Positions 1-7,585 of a stretch of DNA of 41,049 nucleotides are shown here, piece after piece; the first letter of the stretch is position 1; the number at the start of each line of letters is the position of its first letter. Under the pieces are notes generated by a model. The model was not told the origin of the DNA and searched no databases. It saw only the letters and a program-made list of their open reading frames with translations. Position numbers and translations under genes: made by a program. Source of the DNA: a virus (taxonomy: Duplodnaviria > Caudoviricetes); the IMG/VR virus record IMGVR_UViG_3300044580_000040, positions 1 to 41,049 of that record; one strand, given 5' to 3'.

Positions 1-62
1 ACGACGTTGAAGTTCCTATCAGAGAACACAGTTAGGAAATGTACATTTGGGAAGGTATAATT

Positions 63-115
63 GACCTCCCTTTGTCCGGTCTCAACAGCCGGACTCTGCC
101 CGACGTTCTGAGGTC
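63..115. other. Nested stem-loop just downstream of the last late gene (possible terminator/convergence zone)
   Basis: GACCTC(63-68)/GAGGTC(110-115) encloses the stem GTCCGG...CCGGAC; no clear U-tract. Confidence 0.3.
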
Positions 116-120
116 GCCGG

Positions 121-696
121 CTACCACCTGTAACTGATATCCACCGCCGTCTTCCCTTCCGGCCTCGAATTCACTTCCCCATATACCCCGACGTGGACCC
201 GCCAGACCCGAAGGAAGGTGTAATGCCCGTAGAAATCTACCTGCTGCCGGATACCGTCTTTGTCGCTGACGTACCCAGCCCGGCCCCCTATGGCCTTCTC
301 ATTCTTGAAGGCAAAGGTCGGTAGAGGTTCCTGTTTCACGCTGATCGACCCTTCTCCCGTCTTCGTGTCCATCACGGCGACGGCGTTAGTTTTCCCCTCA
401 TAAGGTTCGACAACCGCCGTGGCCACGATCTGCTTGTCGGGGTTCTTCCCGATATCGTCAGGGAGTTTCAGCCGTTCGACGACTTTCTCCTTCTCGATGG
501 TGATGATCTTCTCCGGCCCAGGCACCTCAACCCGCTTGATCTTGACCGTCTCCTTGATCTCAGGAGCCGGGGTGTATGTTTCTGTGTTAACCGTAACGGG
601 CGTTTTGAAGTGGAAGTAAGCCATTGACCCACAGGCAATTGCCAGAACGCAACACAGGACGATGAGGACACCTTTAAGGCTGAGGTTGATTGTCAT
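121..696 (-). CDS. Membrane-anchored lysis-module protein with C-terminal beta-strand region (spanin candidate)
   Basis: Start reassigned to ATG 696 (MTINLSLKGVLIVLCCVLAIAC), which overlaps the holin 3' end; N-terminal hydrophobic helix; ends VDISYRW. Confidence 0.6.
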   Translation of the reverse strand: MTINLSLKGVLIVLCCVLAIACGSMAYFHFKTPVTVNTETYTPAPEIKETVKIKRVEVPGPEKIITIEKEKVVERLKLPDDIGKNPDKQIVATAVVEPYEGKTNAVAVMDTKTGEGSISVKQEPLPTFAFKNEKAIGGRAGYVSDKDGIRQQVDFYGHYTFLRVWRVHVGVYGEVNSRPEGKTAVDISYRW

Positions 697-931
697 TCTT
701 GCCCCCGAAGTAAGACCGTATCCCCTGAAACGCCGGGGCGATCTTCTTGACCGCATAGAGAGATACCGCCAGCCATGCGATGTCGGTGGCTGACACCCGC
801 AGAGGTTGAACCTTGACCACCGACCAGATGTAATCGAAGCCATAGACGGCGATCACGATGAGGAAGGCAAGGGAGCCGATCGACGGGCTTCCCTCTCCCT
901 CCACGAACAGGCTTTTAATCCAGTTCAGCAT
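674..931 (-). CDS. Putative holin (2 TM helices)
   Basis: 85 aa, two hydrophobic segments, charged C-terminus, downstream of the endolysin. Confidence 0.6.
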   Translation of the reverse strand: MLNWIKSLFVEGEGSPSIGSLAFLIVIAVYGFDYIWSVVKVQPLRVSATDIAWLAVSLYAVKKIAPAFQGIRSYFGGKNDNQPQP

Positions 932-934
932 GGC

Positions 935-1072
935 TTACCCCTTGACGGTATCCTTTACCGCTTTGGCCTTCTCTTCCAGCTCCGCAATCCGCTTGTTGTT
1001 GTTCCGGTAAACGAAAAACATCACCCCGCCGCCTACCACTACGCCGATAAGAAAAGCTATTACTGTTGCCAT
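935..1072 (-). CDS. Small single-TM protein (45 aa; MATVIAFLIGVVVGGGVMFFVYRNNNKRIAELEEKAKAVKDTVKG)
   Basis: Hand-translated, below the ORF-track cutoff; AGGAGG SD at the end of the endolysin gene; fills the gap exactly. Confidence 0.7.
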   Translation of the reverse strand: MATVIAFLIGVVVGGGVMFFVYRNNNKRIAELEEKAKAVKDTVKG

Positions 1073-1074
1073 GA

Positions 1075-1599
1075 TTACCCCTCCTTTATGAGGTTGTAGA
1101 TTTCTTCGGGACGCTCCAACCTTCCGTCGTCCGTCCCTTCAGGATCCCCGCCGAGTTGCTTCCAGTAGAGTGATTTCCGTATCCCTTCCGCCGCGTCAGC
1201 CCATCGGCCCTCATTGATCGCCCTGTTGGTGTTCACGAATTTGGCTACCCGTCCCGGCCCCAAGTTAAACATGAAATTGACAAGGGCCAGGCGCCTGTTC
1301 TCTGAGAACGTGGCGAAACCGGGATACTGCCTGATACACCCGCCCACGGCATCGCTCAGGGACCGCGTAAAGAGCCTGTCGATCATCTCGTCAGTGATGC
1401 GCCCGTTCGCCCTGAGATATGCTCTGATATCCGGTGGTAACGGGTTTACGTCGAAATTGTACCCGATACCGATGGTGTTAAAGCCCTGAGAGCATTTATA
1501 GGGCGTGTACCGTATTCCCTCGTGTCTCTCCAGCATTGCCCTGATCTTGTGTATCATTCCGTTTTCTCCTTCGTATATTTTGCCTTCCTGTGCGGTCAC
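1075..1599 (-). CDS. Endolysin, T4-lysozyme-like (GH24)
   Basis: HEG-x(6)-KCSQGFNTIGIG catalytic region, LVNFMFNLG and SLYWKQ motifs; alternative start at ATG 1557 with AGGAG SD. Confidence 0.9.
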   Translation of the reverse strand: MTAQEGKIYEGENGMIHKIRAMLERHEGIRYTPYKCSQGFNTIGIGYNFDVNPLPPDIRAYLRANGRITDEMIDRLFTRSLSDAVGGCIRQYPGFATFSENRRLALVNFMFNLGPGRVAKFVNTNRAINEGRWADAAEGIRKSLYWKQLGGDPEGTDDGRLERPEEIYNLIKEG

Positions 1600-1761
1600 T
1601 GTTCATTCTCCGGATGTTTCAACAGGCACTTGTTAATTATCCTCAACTGCTTGCACAGGAGGACGTTCTGCTCCTTCACGAACTGGTTCCGAAAGGATAT
1701 CCGCTGTTCATAGGTAGCCTTCTTCCACGCTTCCATTATTGGATTTCTTGCCCCGGTTCTA

Positions 1762-1980
1762 TCACTTCACCCCCACGAATTTAAGCAGGGAGAACAAAAA
1801 CCCCCCTATCGCCCCGCCGATCACGGCACATCCTGAGTTTATCCACTTCTTCGATTCGAGCTTGGCAAGGCGGCTGTTCATCCTCTGCATGGTCTCGAAC
1901 ATTATCCAATCCCGCTGTTCAGGCGGCATGTGGTCCCATGTGTCCTTGCTTATCTCGAATCCGTTACCCATTGCCGCCAC
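1762..1980 (-). CDS. Small protein with coiled coil and C-terminal TM helix (XhlA-like holin/accessory lysis protein)
   Basis: RMNSRLAKLES followed by hydrophobic AVIGGAIGGFLFSLL; first gene of the lysis block. Confidence 0.55.
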   Translation of the reverse strand: MAAMGNGFEISKDTWDHMPPEQRDWIMFETMQRMNSRLAKLESKKWINSGCAVIGGAIGGFLFSLLKFVGVK

Positions 1981-1990
1981 CTCCCTTTCG

Positions 1991-4048
1991 TTAAAATCCT
2001 ACTCCAAGACCCATCATGAAACCTCCTGTGACGGGTTGAAACTCATACGCCCCGATGTCCGGCACGCCCCTTATTGCCCGTCCTGCATAGTCCGTCGTCA
2101 ATGAAACATCCGTTCCCGCATTGATGCAGGGGGAAGACGGCTTAAGGCGGAAGTCGGAGGCGTCGGTCCATGTTCTCGTATACGTGATATTGTCAACCGT
2201 AGACCACGGAGCCGACCGTATCGTGGCAATCGCCGTGTTCGTGTCGGTTATTGTAACCTCTGGGAAATAGGTGATAAGCGTGTCCAGAATGGCGTTTATG
2301 TGGTCAACTGATATGCTCTCGGAACCGTGCGTATAGAAGTTTACCAGCAACCCCTGTTGAGCGATTGCCTGGCCCATCCATTTGGTGTTCCTGATGGTAT
2401 CGGCTACAGTAGAACCAACAAGGGCAGAGTATCCAAGGGCCAAGGTCCGGTAAATATTTATGCTCGTCAGGTCATATCCGGTGTGGGTTGTCGTGCTCTC
2501 GCCCCTGATGCCCGCCCATCCAAGGGTCTGAGCGGCAGTGATGCCGTCCGCTGAGATGACGGTGCCGGGGGGCGCAAGAATGGTTGATGTATATCCGGTT
2601 ATCGTCTGCATCTGGGTGTCGTCCATCTCTACCGCAAAGTATCCCGTGGCTCCCGTGGAATCTATGAGGAGTTGCGCGTTATAGGGTGATGCCTGAGCAC
2701 CCGACGAGTCGGCAAGAACTTCACCGAGTGTGGAGCCTGACAGATTCGTGGCCAGTGTTCCGACAGACGCCCCGCCCGTTGTCAGTTCCGTCCGTATGGC
2801 ATCCAAGGTTTTTGCCTTGAACCCCGTCACGGTGACGGTATCGCTCACGGTAATTGTGTTTGCCGTCCGGTCGATGTTGATGGTCTTGTCCGCCTTTGTG
2901 ATCGAAAAGGCCGTCCCCGTAAGATTCAGGTAAGAATGGGAATATCCGTGATTGATGATATCCAGCGTGCCCCTCGCCTGCATGGCGTTCAGGTCATCCA
3001 AATGGTCTGCCACATGTATCCCGTTGACGGCGAACGACCCCTTCTTCCCCCGTGCGGCGAGGGCAGATTCCACGGTCAGTGCAAAATCATATGATAACCA
3101 ATCGTCTACGTTGAAACAAAAGAAACCTGACCGGGAAAGCCCTCTGTAACGTGGAATATCGGTGATAACGTCGTCGGTCGTTGATATCGTGCCGTTAAGA
3201 AGAGCCTGATTCCCGAAATTGCCAACATATACGTTGTTGCTGGACGTGGCTGTTCCAGCCGTGCGCCGGAACGCATAACTACCCTGAGAATATCCCGCTT
3301 CCACGTTGGAATTCTGGACCGTAGTGCTACCGGAGCCTGCCTGTACTATGGTGCTTCCCCCCGAACCTGTAATGTCCATGTGGTCAAGCACGAGCGCACC
3401 GGACGAGCCTTGGTACACAGCCGAACTGGCCGACCCGGCGAGATGTTTATTGTCGGAATTCTTCATGATCGAATATGAGATTGTCCCCGATGCCGCACCC
3501 CCGAAACTAAGGGCGTGGCCCTCGAAACCGGCAAAGAGAGAATTTGTTATCGTAAAGCCGGTGCCATAGCAATCTATTCCCCTGCGGCCTCCATCATAGA
3601 GATAGAGATTGTCGCCCGTGAATCCGGCGGCCTCAATATATAGCAGGTCGTGTGATGCGTCTGTACCCGTCAGCGATATGTTCTTAGCGGTAAGGTTGGC
3701 CTTGTCGCTGTAAAGAGGCACGTTCGTGTCATAACCGATGATGACCTGTCCCTTTGCGGCGGGGACCGTGGACCCGTGGGCCGCCACTCCGATAATTGTC
3801 CCGTTCGCCCAATTGGCGTTTGTCAAACCTAGACGGCTGTAATATCCCCCCGTTTTTGGAGCGATATACATGGTGTGCGGCCCCTCAACGCTGTTGCCCG
3901 CACTAACCGCCGTTTCCGGCAGATTCGCCGCTTTCGCCCATGTATCGTAGGGTGATGTGTTGGAGCCTGATGGAGAAACATAGTACGTCGCCCCCCACCC
4001 TGTTACGGGGAGGAGGAGAAGGAGGAGGGGGAGGAGGAGTTTTTTCAT
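1991..4048 (-). CDS. Exported right-handed beta-helix protein with NodB/CE4 polysaccharide deacetylase domain and choice-of-anchor-Q-like C-terminus
   Basis: Signal peptide MKKLLLPLLLLLLPVTGWG|ATYYVS; FNVDD and NHGYSH CE4 motifs; DFRLKPSSPCINAG...PDIGAYE motif. Confidence 0.8.
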   Translation of the reverse strand: MKKLLLPLLLLLLPVTGWGATYYVSPSGSNTSPYDTWAKAANLPETAVSAGNSVEGPHTMYIAPKTGGYYSRLGLTNANWANGTIIGVAAHGSTVPAAKGQVIIGYDTNVPLYSDKANLTAKNISLTGTDASHDLLYIEAAGFTGDNLYLYDGGRRGIDCYGTGFTITNSLFAGFEGHALSFGGAASGTISYSIMKNSDNKHLAGSASSAVYQGSSGALVLDHMDITGSGGSTIVQAGSGSTTVQNSNVEAGYSQGSYAFRRTAGTATSSNNVYVGNFGNQALLNGTISTTDDVITDIPRYRGLSRSGFFCFNVDDWLSYDFALTVESALAARGKKGSFAVNGIHVADHLDDLNAMQARGTLDIINHGYSHSYLNLTGTAFSITKADKTINIDRTANTITVSDTVTVTGFKAKTLDAIRTELTTGGASVGTLATNLSGSTLGEVLADSSGAQASPYNAQLLIDSTGATGYFAVEMDDTQMQTITGYTSTILAPPGTVISADGITAAQTLGWAGIRGESTTTHTGYDLTSINIYRTLALGYSALVGSTVADTIRNTKWMGQAIAQQGLLVNFYTHGSESISVDHINAILDTLITYFPEVTITDTNTAIATIRSAPWSTVDNITYTRTWTDASDFRLKPSSPCINAGTDVSLTTDYAGRAIRGVPDIGAYEFQPVTGGFMMGLGVGF

Positions 4049-4440
4049 AGCAACGCCCCTTCTGCAAAAAAGGAATCTTCCTGCTCATCCGTGAACCCGA
4101 GCAGCCCCTTGATGGACAGGAAAAGGGGATGGTTGCGCTCCACGGTCTGCGCATATTCCCATTCGATCTGAGCCGCATCCCCTGCCTGAGATACAGCCGC
4201 CTCCACCTGGGAGAGCACGCCCATGGCGAGCATCTGCAAGCGGGCCTGTCTCATGGTGAGGACATTCACCCGTGGTCTGTACGCCGCCGCAAGTGTTTCA
4301 TAATTGCTGACGACCTCATCTGCCGCCGCCAGTTCTGCGCCTGTCGGTTCCCGCCTCCATTCAATCTCCGTCCCGAGCAGGCGAAACGCCTCCGGGTCTA
4401 TCCTCTGCGCCAGCAGCGTGCAAAGCGTGTTCGCGTCCAT
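4045..4440 (-). CDS. Tail fibre assembly/chaperone-like protein
   Basis: TMRQARLQM...AQIEWEYAQTVERNHP motif typical of genes following tail fibres. Confidence 0.65.
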   Translation of the reverse strand: MDANTLCTLLAQRIDPEAFRLLGTEIEWRREPTGAELAAADEVVSNYETLAAAYRPRVNVLTMRQARLQMLAMGVLSQVEAAVSQAGDAAQIEWEYAQTVERNHPLFLSIKGLLGFTDEQEDSFFAEGALL

Positions 4441-4449
4441 GGTCCCTCC

Positions 4450-5598
4450 CTAATCGATTCGTTGGAACATCATCTTCGTGCCGCCGACATACGTATTGTT
4501 TCCGAACAGGCTCCTGTTGCCCCCGCCGCTGGCCACGCCTGCCCCCAGATGGATGTAATCTCCGGCATTCAGGTAGCACATGGTTGTCGTCATTATGGAC
4601 AGGTAAGCGCCGGTCACATTCAGATACGTGTTATTCTGGCTTTTTACGGTTGCGGACGCCCACGCTGCGCTGCCTGTCCTGATCTCCGCGTTTATTTGAT
4701 TCGCTGCACCTTCGCCGTACCCGGCAGCCGTCACGACTATTCGATATTTACCGGACTGCTTCACATACGCCCCTCCGTAGGAGTCGAGAGTTATATTGCT
4801 TGCCTGCGTCAGAGTTGTAGGGTAGGTACTCGTCCCTGCGTAGTCCGATTTCGGGTTCCAAATGACCTGCGGCGAGTTCTCGCCCGATGCCTGTATGGTG
4901 TGATCGGGATCGTCTGCGGTATCATACTCATAGCGGATCTTCGCCACCGCGACACATCTGTGGGAAGCATTGCGGACGTATGTTGACCCCGCTTCAAGAA
5001 GGAGATAATCGGCATCCGTGACCGTCGTCGTGGTCGATACGGTGGTAAACCCCGAGTACCCCCCGAGAGCCCACACGATACCCGTCCCGTCCCATATGGC
5101 ATACAGCCATGCCGTCTTTATTTCGCTGGCGACGCTGCCCTTGTTCCAGTAGCTCGTCGCGTTCGCCATGACTATCTGAGACGTGCCGGAGAGGTAGGCC
5201 GCGCCTCTCGTTCTGACGGTATGCCCGTTTGCGTCTGGTATTGCCACGGCGATCATGTTGGTATCGGTGGGGGCCGCACCGCCCGACTTCGAAAAGATGT
5301 CCAGCTTATTGACGGCGGCGTTCACCACGGGCTTGAGATTGAACACTCCCTGAGAGTTGTACGGAATGGTCTGCTGGAGCAGCCATCTCTTCGTCCCTGG
5401 GTTGGTATCGGGTGTTATGACGTGCGGGGCCGCTTCCGTGGCGCTGGACGAGGCGTTGAGCTTGTACGTGTAGAGGATGCCGGAGACCATGACGTGGGCA
5501 ACATCCCCGTCGGTGAGCAGATCCCCGTCGATGTAATCAAGGGCGGCTTCTGCGCCCCCGGTAAGTGCTGTTTTGGAATAATAAATCTTGTTCGACAT
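4450..5598 (-). CDS. Tail fibre / receptor-binding protein with C1q/TNF-like C-terminal head
   Basis: Position after the tail-tip genes; VKQSGKYRI and YLNAGDYIHL motifs. Confidence 0.7.
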   Translation of the reverse strand: MSNKIYYSKTALTGGAEAALDYIDGDLLTDGDVAHVMVSGILYTYKLNASSSATEAAPHVITPDTNPGTKRWLLQQTIPYNSQGVFNLKPVVNAAVNKLDIFSKSGGAAPTDTNMIAVAIPDANGHTVRTRGAAYLSGTSQIVMANATSYWNKGSVASEIKTAWLYAIWDGTGIVWALGGYSGFTTVSTTTTVTDADYLLLEAGSTYVRNASHRCVAVAKIRYEYDTADDPDHTIQASGENSPQVIWNPKSDYAGTSTYPTTLTQASNITLDSYGGAYVKQSGKYRIVVTAAGYGEGAANQINAEIRTGSAAWASATVKSQNNTYLNVTGAYLSIMTTTMCYLNAGDYIHLGAGVASGGGNRSLFGNNTYVGGTKMMFQRID

Positions 5599-6407
5599 TA
5601 CACGACCTCCTTGAGGCTGAAATTTATCCGTGAATGGGTTGACGATGCGTCATGGACTATCTTCGGCGGGGCGTTCCGTTTGGCAAACAGGCAGAACTCC
5701 CAATCCGTGATGTTGTTATGCACGAGCCGAATAGCAAGGGGTTTCGGACCGACGAGATCAAAAATATCGTGCTTGAAGGCGTGACAGTTCGCCCGGGTCT
5801 CGAGCATCGCAAGATTGTTGAACGTCCTCACGATGTTCCGCTTCTTCGCGTAGCACGACCCGCTGTTCAGTTCTTTTTCGATGCTGTAATCAACGCTGTC
5901 CTCGTCAAGGCCGTAGTGGGGATCGTTGAACTCCTCGACGACCCCGGCGCGGACTATCCCGGCATAGACGGTTTCCCCTGCGGCGGCGGTGAGGGTGACG
6001 TAGACCGTATGAGGGGATGTCATCTCGTCATAGTCGGCCCACAGGCGGCCATTGTAGCCGGGGAGGAAGTAGACCGCGCTCGCGTTGTACTCATCGGTTA
6101 CGAATTCAAACCCGGTCTCAAGCTCAAACCCCGTCTCAAGTTCCATGTTCTCGCCCGTCCGTACCGACACGACGGCACTCACGGCGTTGGTGTTGTGGAC
6201 CATTAGCGCGCTACCCTTGGATACCGATACCGTAAGCGTCGCCTCATTGACCCCGCTACCCGCTTTCCACAAATCGGTAGGGAAGTCGTTCAAAAGGTTC
6301 GATGCCGGGAAAGAGGCATCTTCCGATGACGCGACAATCGCGGTCACATTGTCGACTACCGCCGCTCCGGGCACCCTTGCAAGGTCTGTGTCAATGATCA
6401 CTTTCAT
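5598..6407 (-). CDS. Minor tail/baseplate protein with discoidin-like N-terminus
   Basis: ASSEDASFPASNLLND...WKA motif; position in the tail-tip cluster. Confidence 0.6.
   Translation of the reverse strand: MKVIIDTDLARVPGAAVVDNVTAIVASSEDASFPASNLLNDFPTDLWKAGSGVNEATLTVSVSKGSALMVHNTNAVSAVVSVRTGENMELETGFELETGFEFVTDEYNASAVYFLPGYNGRLWADYDEMTSPHTVYVTLTAAAGETVYAGIVRAGVVEEFNDPHYGLDEDSVDYSIEKELNSGSCYAKKRNIVRTFNNLAMLETRANCHAFKHDIFDLVGPKPLAIRLVHNNITDWEFCLFAKRNAPPKIVHDASSTHSRINFSLKEVV
6106..6140. repeat. Two-copy 18-bp tandem repeat encoding ELETGF-ELETGF
   Basis: TCAAACCCGGTCTCAAG / TCAAACCCCGTCTCAAG. Confidence 0.7.
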
Positions 6408-7585
6408 CCTGCCGCTATCCCTCCTTCACCTTCGATGCCGATGGATTCCTGAAGAAAATCAAACGTGAGTTTCCGAACCCGGAGCCACGAGAACAGATTC
6501 GCCGCGTTCTGCGTGTCCCTAAACTCCAGTTTCGCGCCGATAGCGTTGAAGTTACCCGCCGCCATGGGTATGGCCATTGTGATGCGCGGGGCGTTCTCAA
6601 GGTCGAGAATGTCGGCAAGGGCCGTCTCAATGTTCTCCTGCGTCGTGTGATAGCAGTTGACCGACAGGGAGGAGCCGTAGGGGTAAGCCGATGTCTGCCG
6701 GTAGGTGGTTCCGTCGTAATCTGTCGTCACCTCCGCCAGGGGCGCGGGGTACTCATATTTGGGGCCGACAAAGTATTCATCCTCGCCGAGTTCCCGTGGA
6801 GCCCCGTTGTTCAGCTTCATGTCGACGAGGTATGCCGTGGCGTCCACGATATAGATGAGGTGCGAATAGAACTCCGCGATATCGGACGCGAGGTTGATGT
6901 TGAGGATGTCCGAAGAAACGGGATAGATGACTGTTGGCGATTCTGCGCGGGCACAGGTCGTGTCCACCGATGTGATCTCCTCGATGTCCGTGAGGATCGT
7001 CGTGATGACGGCGTTGAGGGTGTCGTTGTAGTAAGGAGCGAGAGTGGATCCGTTCGTCCACGTCGTAGGTGTGGTGCCGGATGCGGTGAAGATGAATCCG
7101 GTGAGGTTCGTCCCGCCGATGTTACTGAAATCGTCCCCAGCAACGTAATTGGTGATCTTGTACTTCCGGCCCGAGATGACCGTTCCCGATGACAGGATGA
7201 CGTTTTCCTCATCGTAGGCGGGCCCGTACAGGTCGTAGGCGATGCCCGACTTGAGGTCAAAGGATGCAAGGTGTGCCGTGCCCGAGAAGACCAGCTCCCG
7301 TGCCGCCTCCGTCGTGTCTGTGTAATAGACGTTGATGGTGCCTGATATGGGAGGGGGCCAATCGTTGATGCTCTCGGCTGAGTTATAGAATAGGTCCGGG
7401 TTGAAAACGATCTTTCCGAAGGCAGGCCTTGCATAGCCGCCGTGTTTGCTCGGAGTCGTGAACGTCGGGGCGTCAAAGGAGATGACCCGGGGCTTCCAGT
7501 TGTGGGTGAAACCGGTCCCGCCGTGCCCCTCGATCGAGGAGTATGTCAGGGTTCCGTTTCTGTAGAATTCAACGAGAAGGGCCAT
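6404..7585 (-). CDS. Minor tail tip/hub protein
   Basis: Directly follows the tape measure gene with overlapping stop/start; beta-rich. Confidence 0.6.
   Translation of the reverse strand: MALLVEFYRNGTLTYSSIEGHGGTGFTHNWKPRVISFDAPTFTTPSKHGGYARPAFGKIVFNPDLFYNSAESINDWPPPISGTINVYYTDTTEAARELVFSGTAHLASFDLKSGIAYDLYGPAYDEENVILSSGTVISGRKYKITNYVAGDDFSNIGGTNLTGFIFTASGTTPTTWTNGSTLAPYYNDTLNAVITTILTDIEEITSVDTTCARAESPTVIYPVSSDILNINLASDIAEFYSHLIYIVDATAYLVDMKLNNGAPRELGEDEYFVGPKYEYPAPLAEVTTDYDGTTYRQTSAYPYGSSLSVNCYHTTQENIETALADILDLENAPRITMAIPMAAGNFNAIGAKLEFRDTQNAANLFSWLRVRKLTFDFLQESIGIEGEGGIAAG

Noticed and set aside
4450-5598. Tail fibre C-terminus as a diversity-generating retroelement target
   Set aside because: No reverse transcriptase and no second copy (template repeat) of the 3' end is visible in the window.
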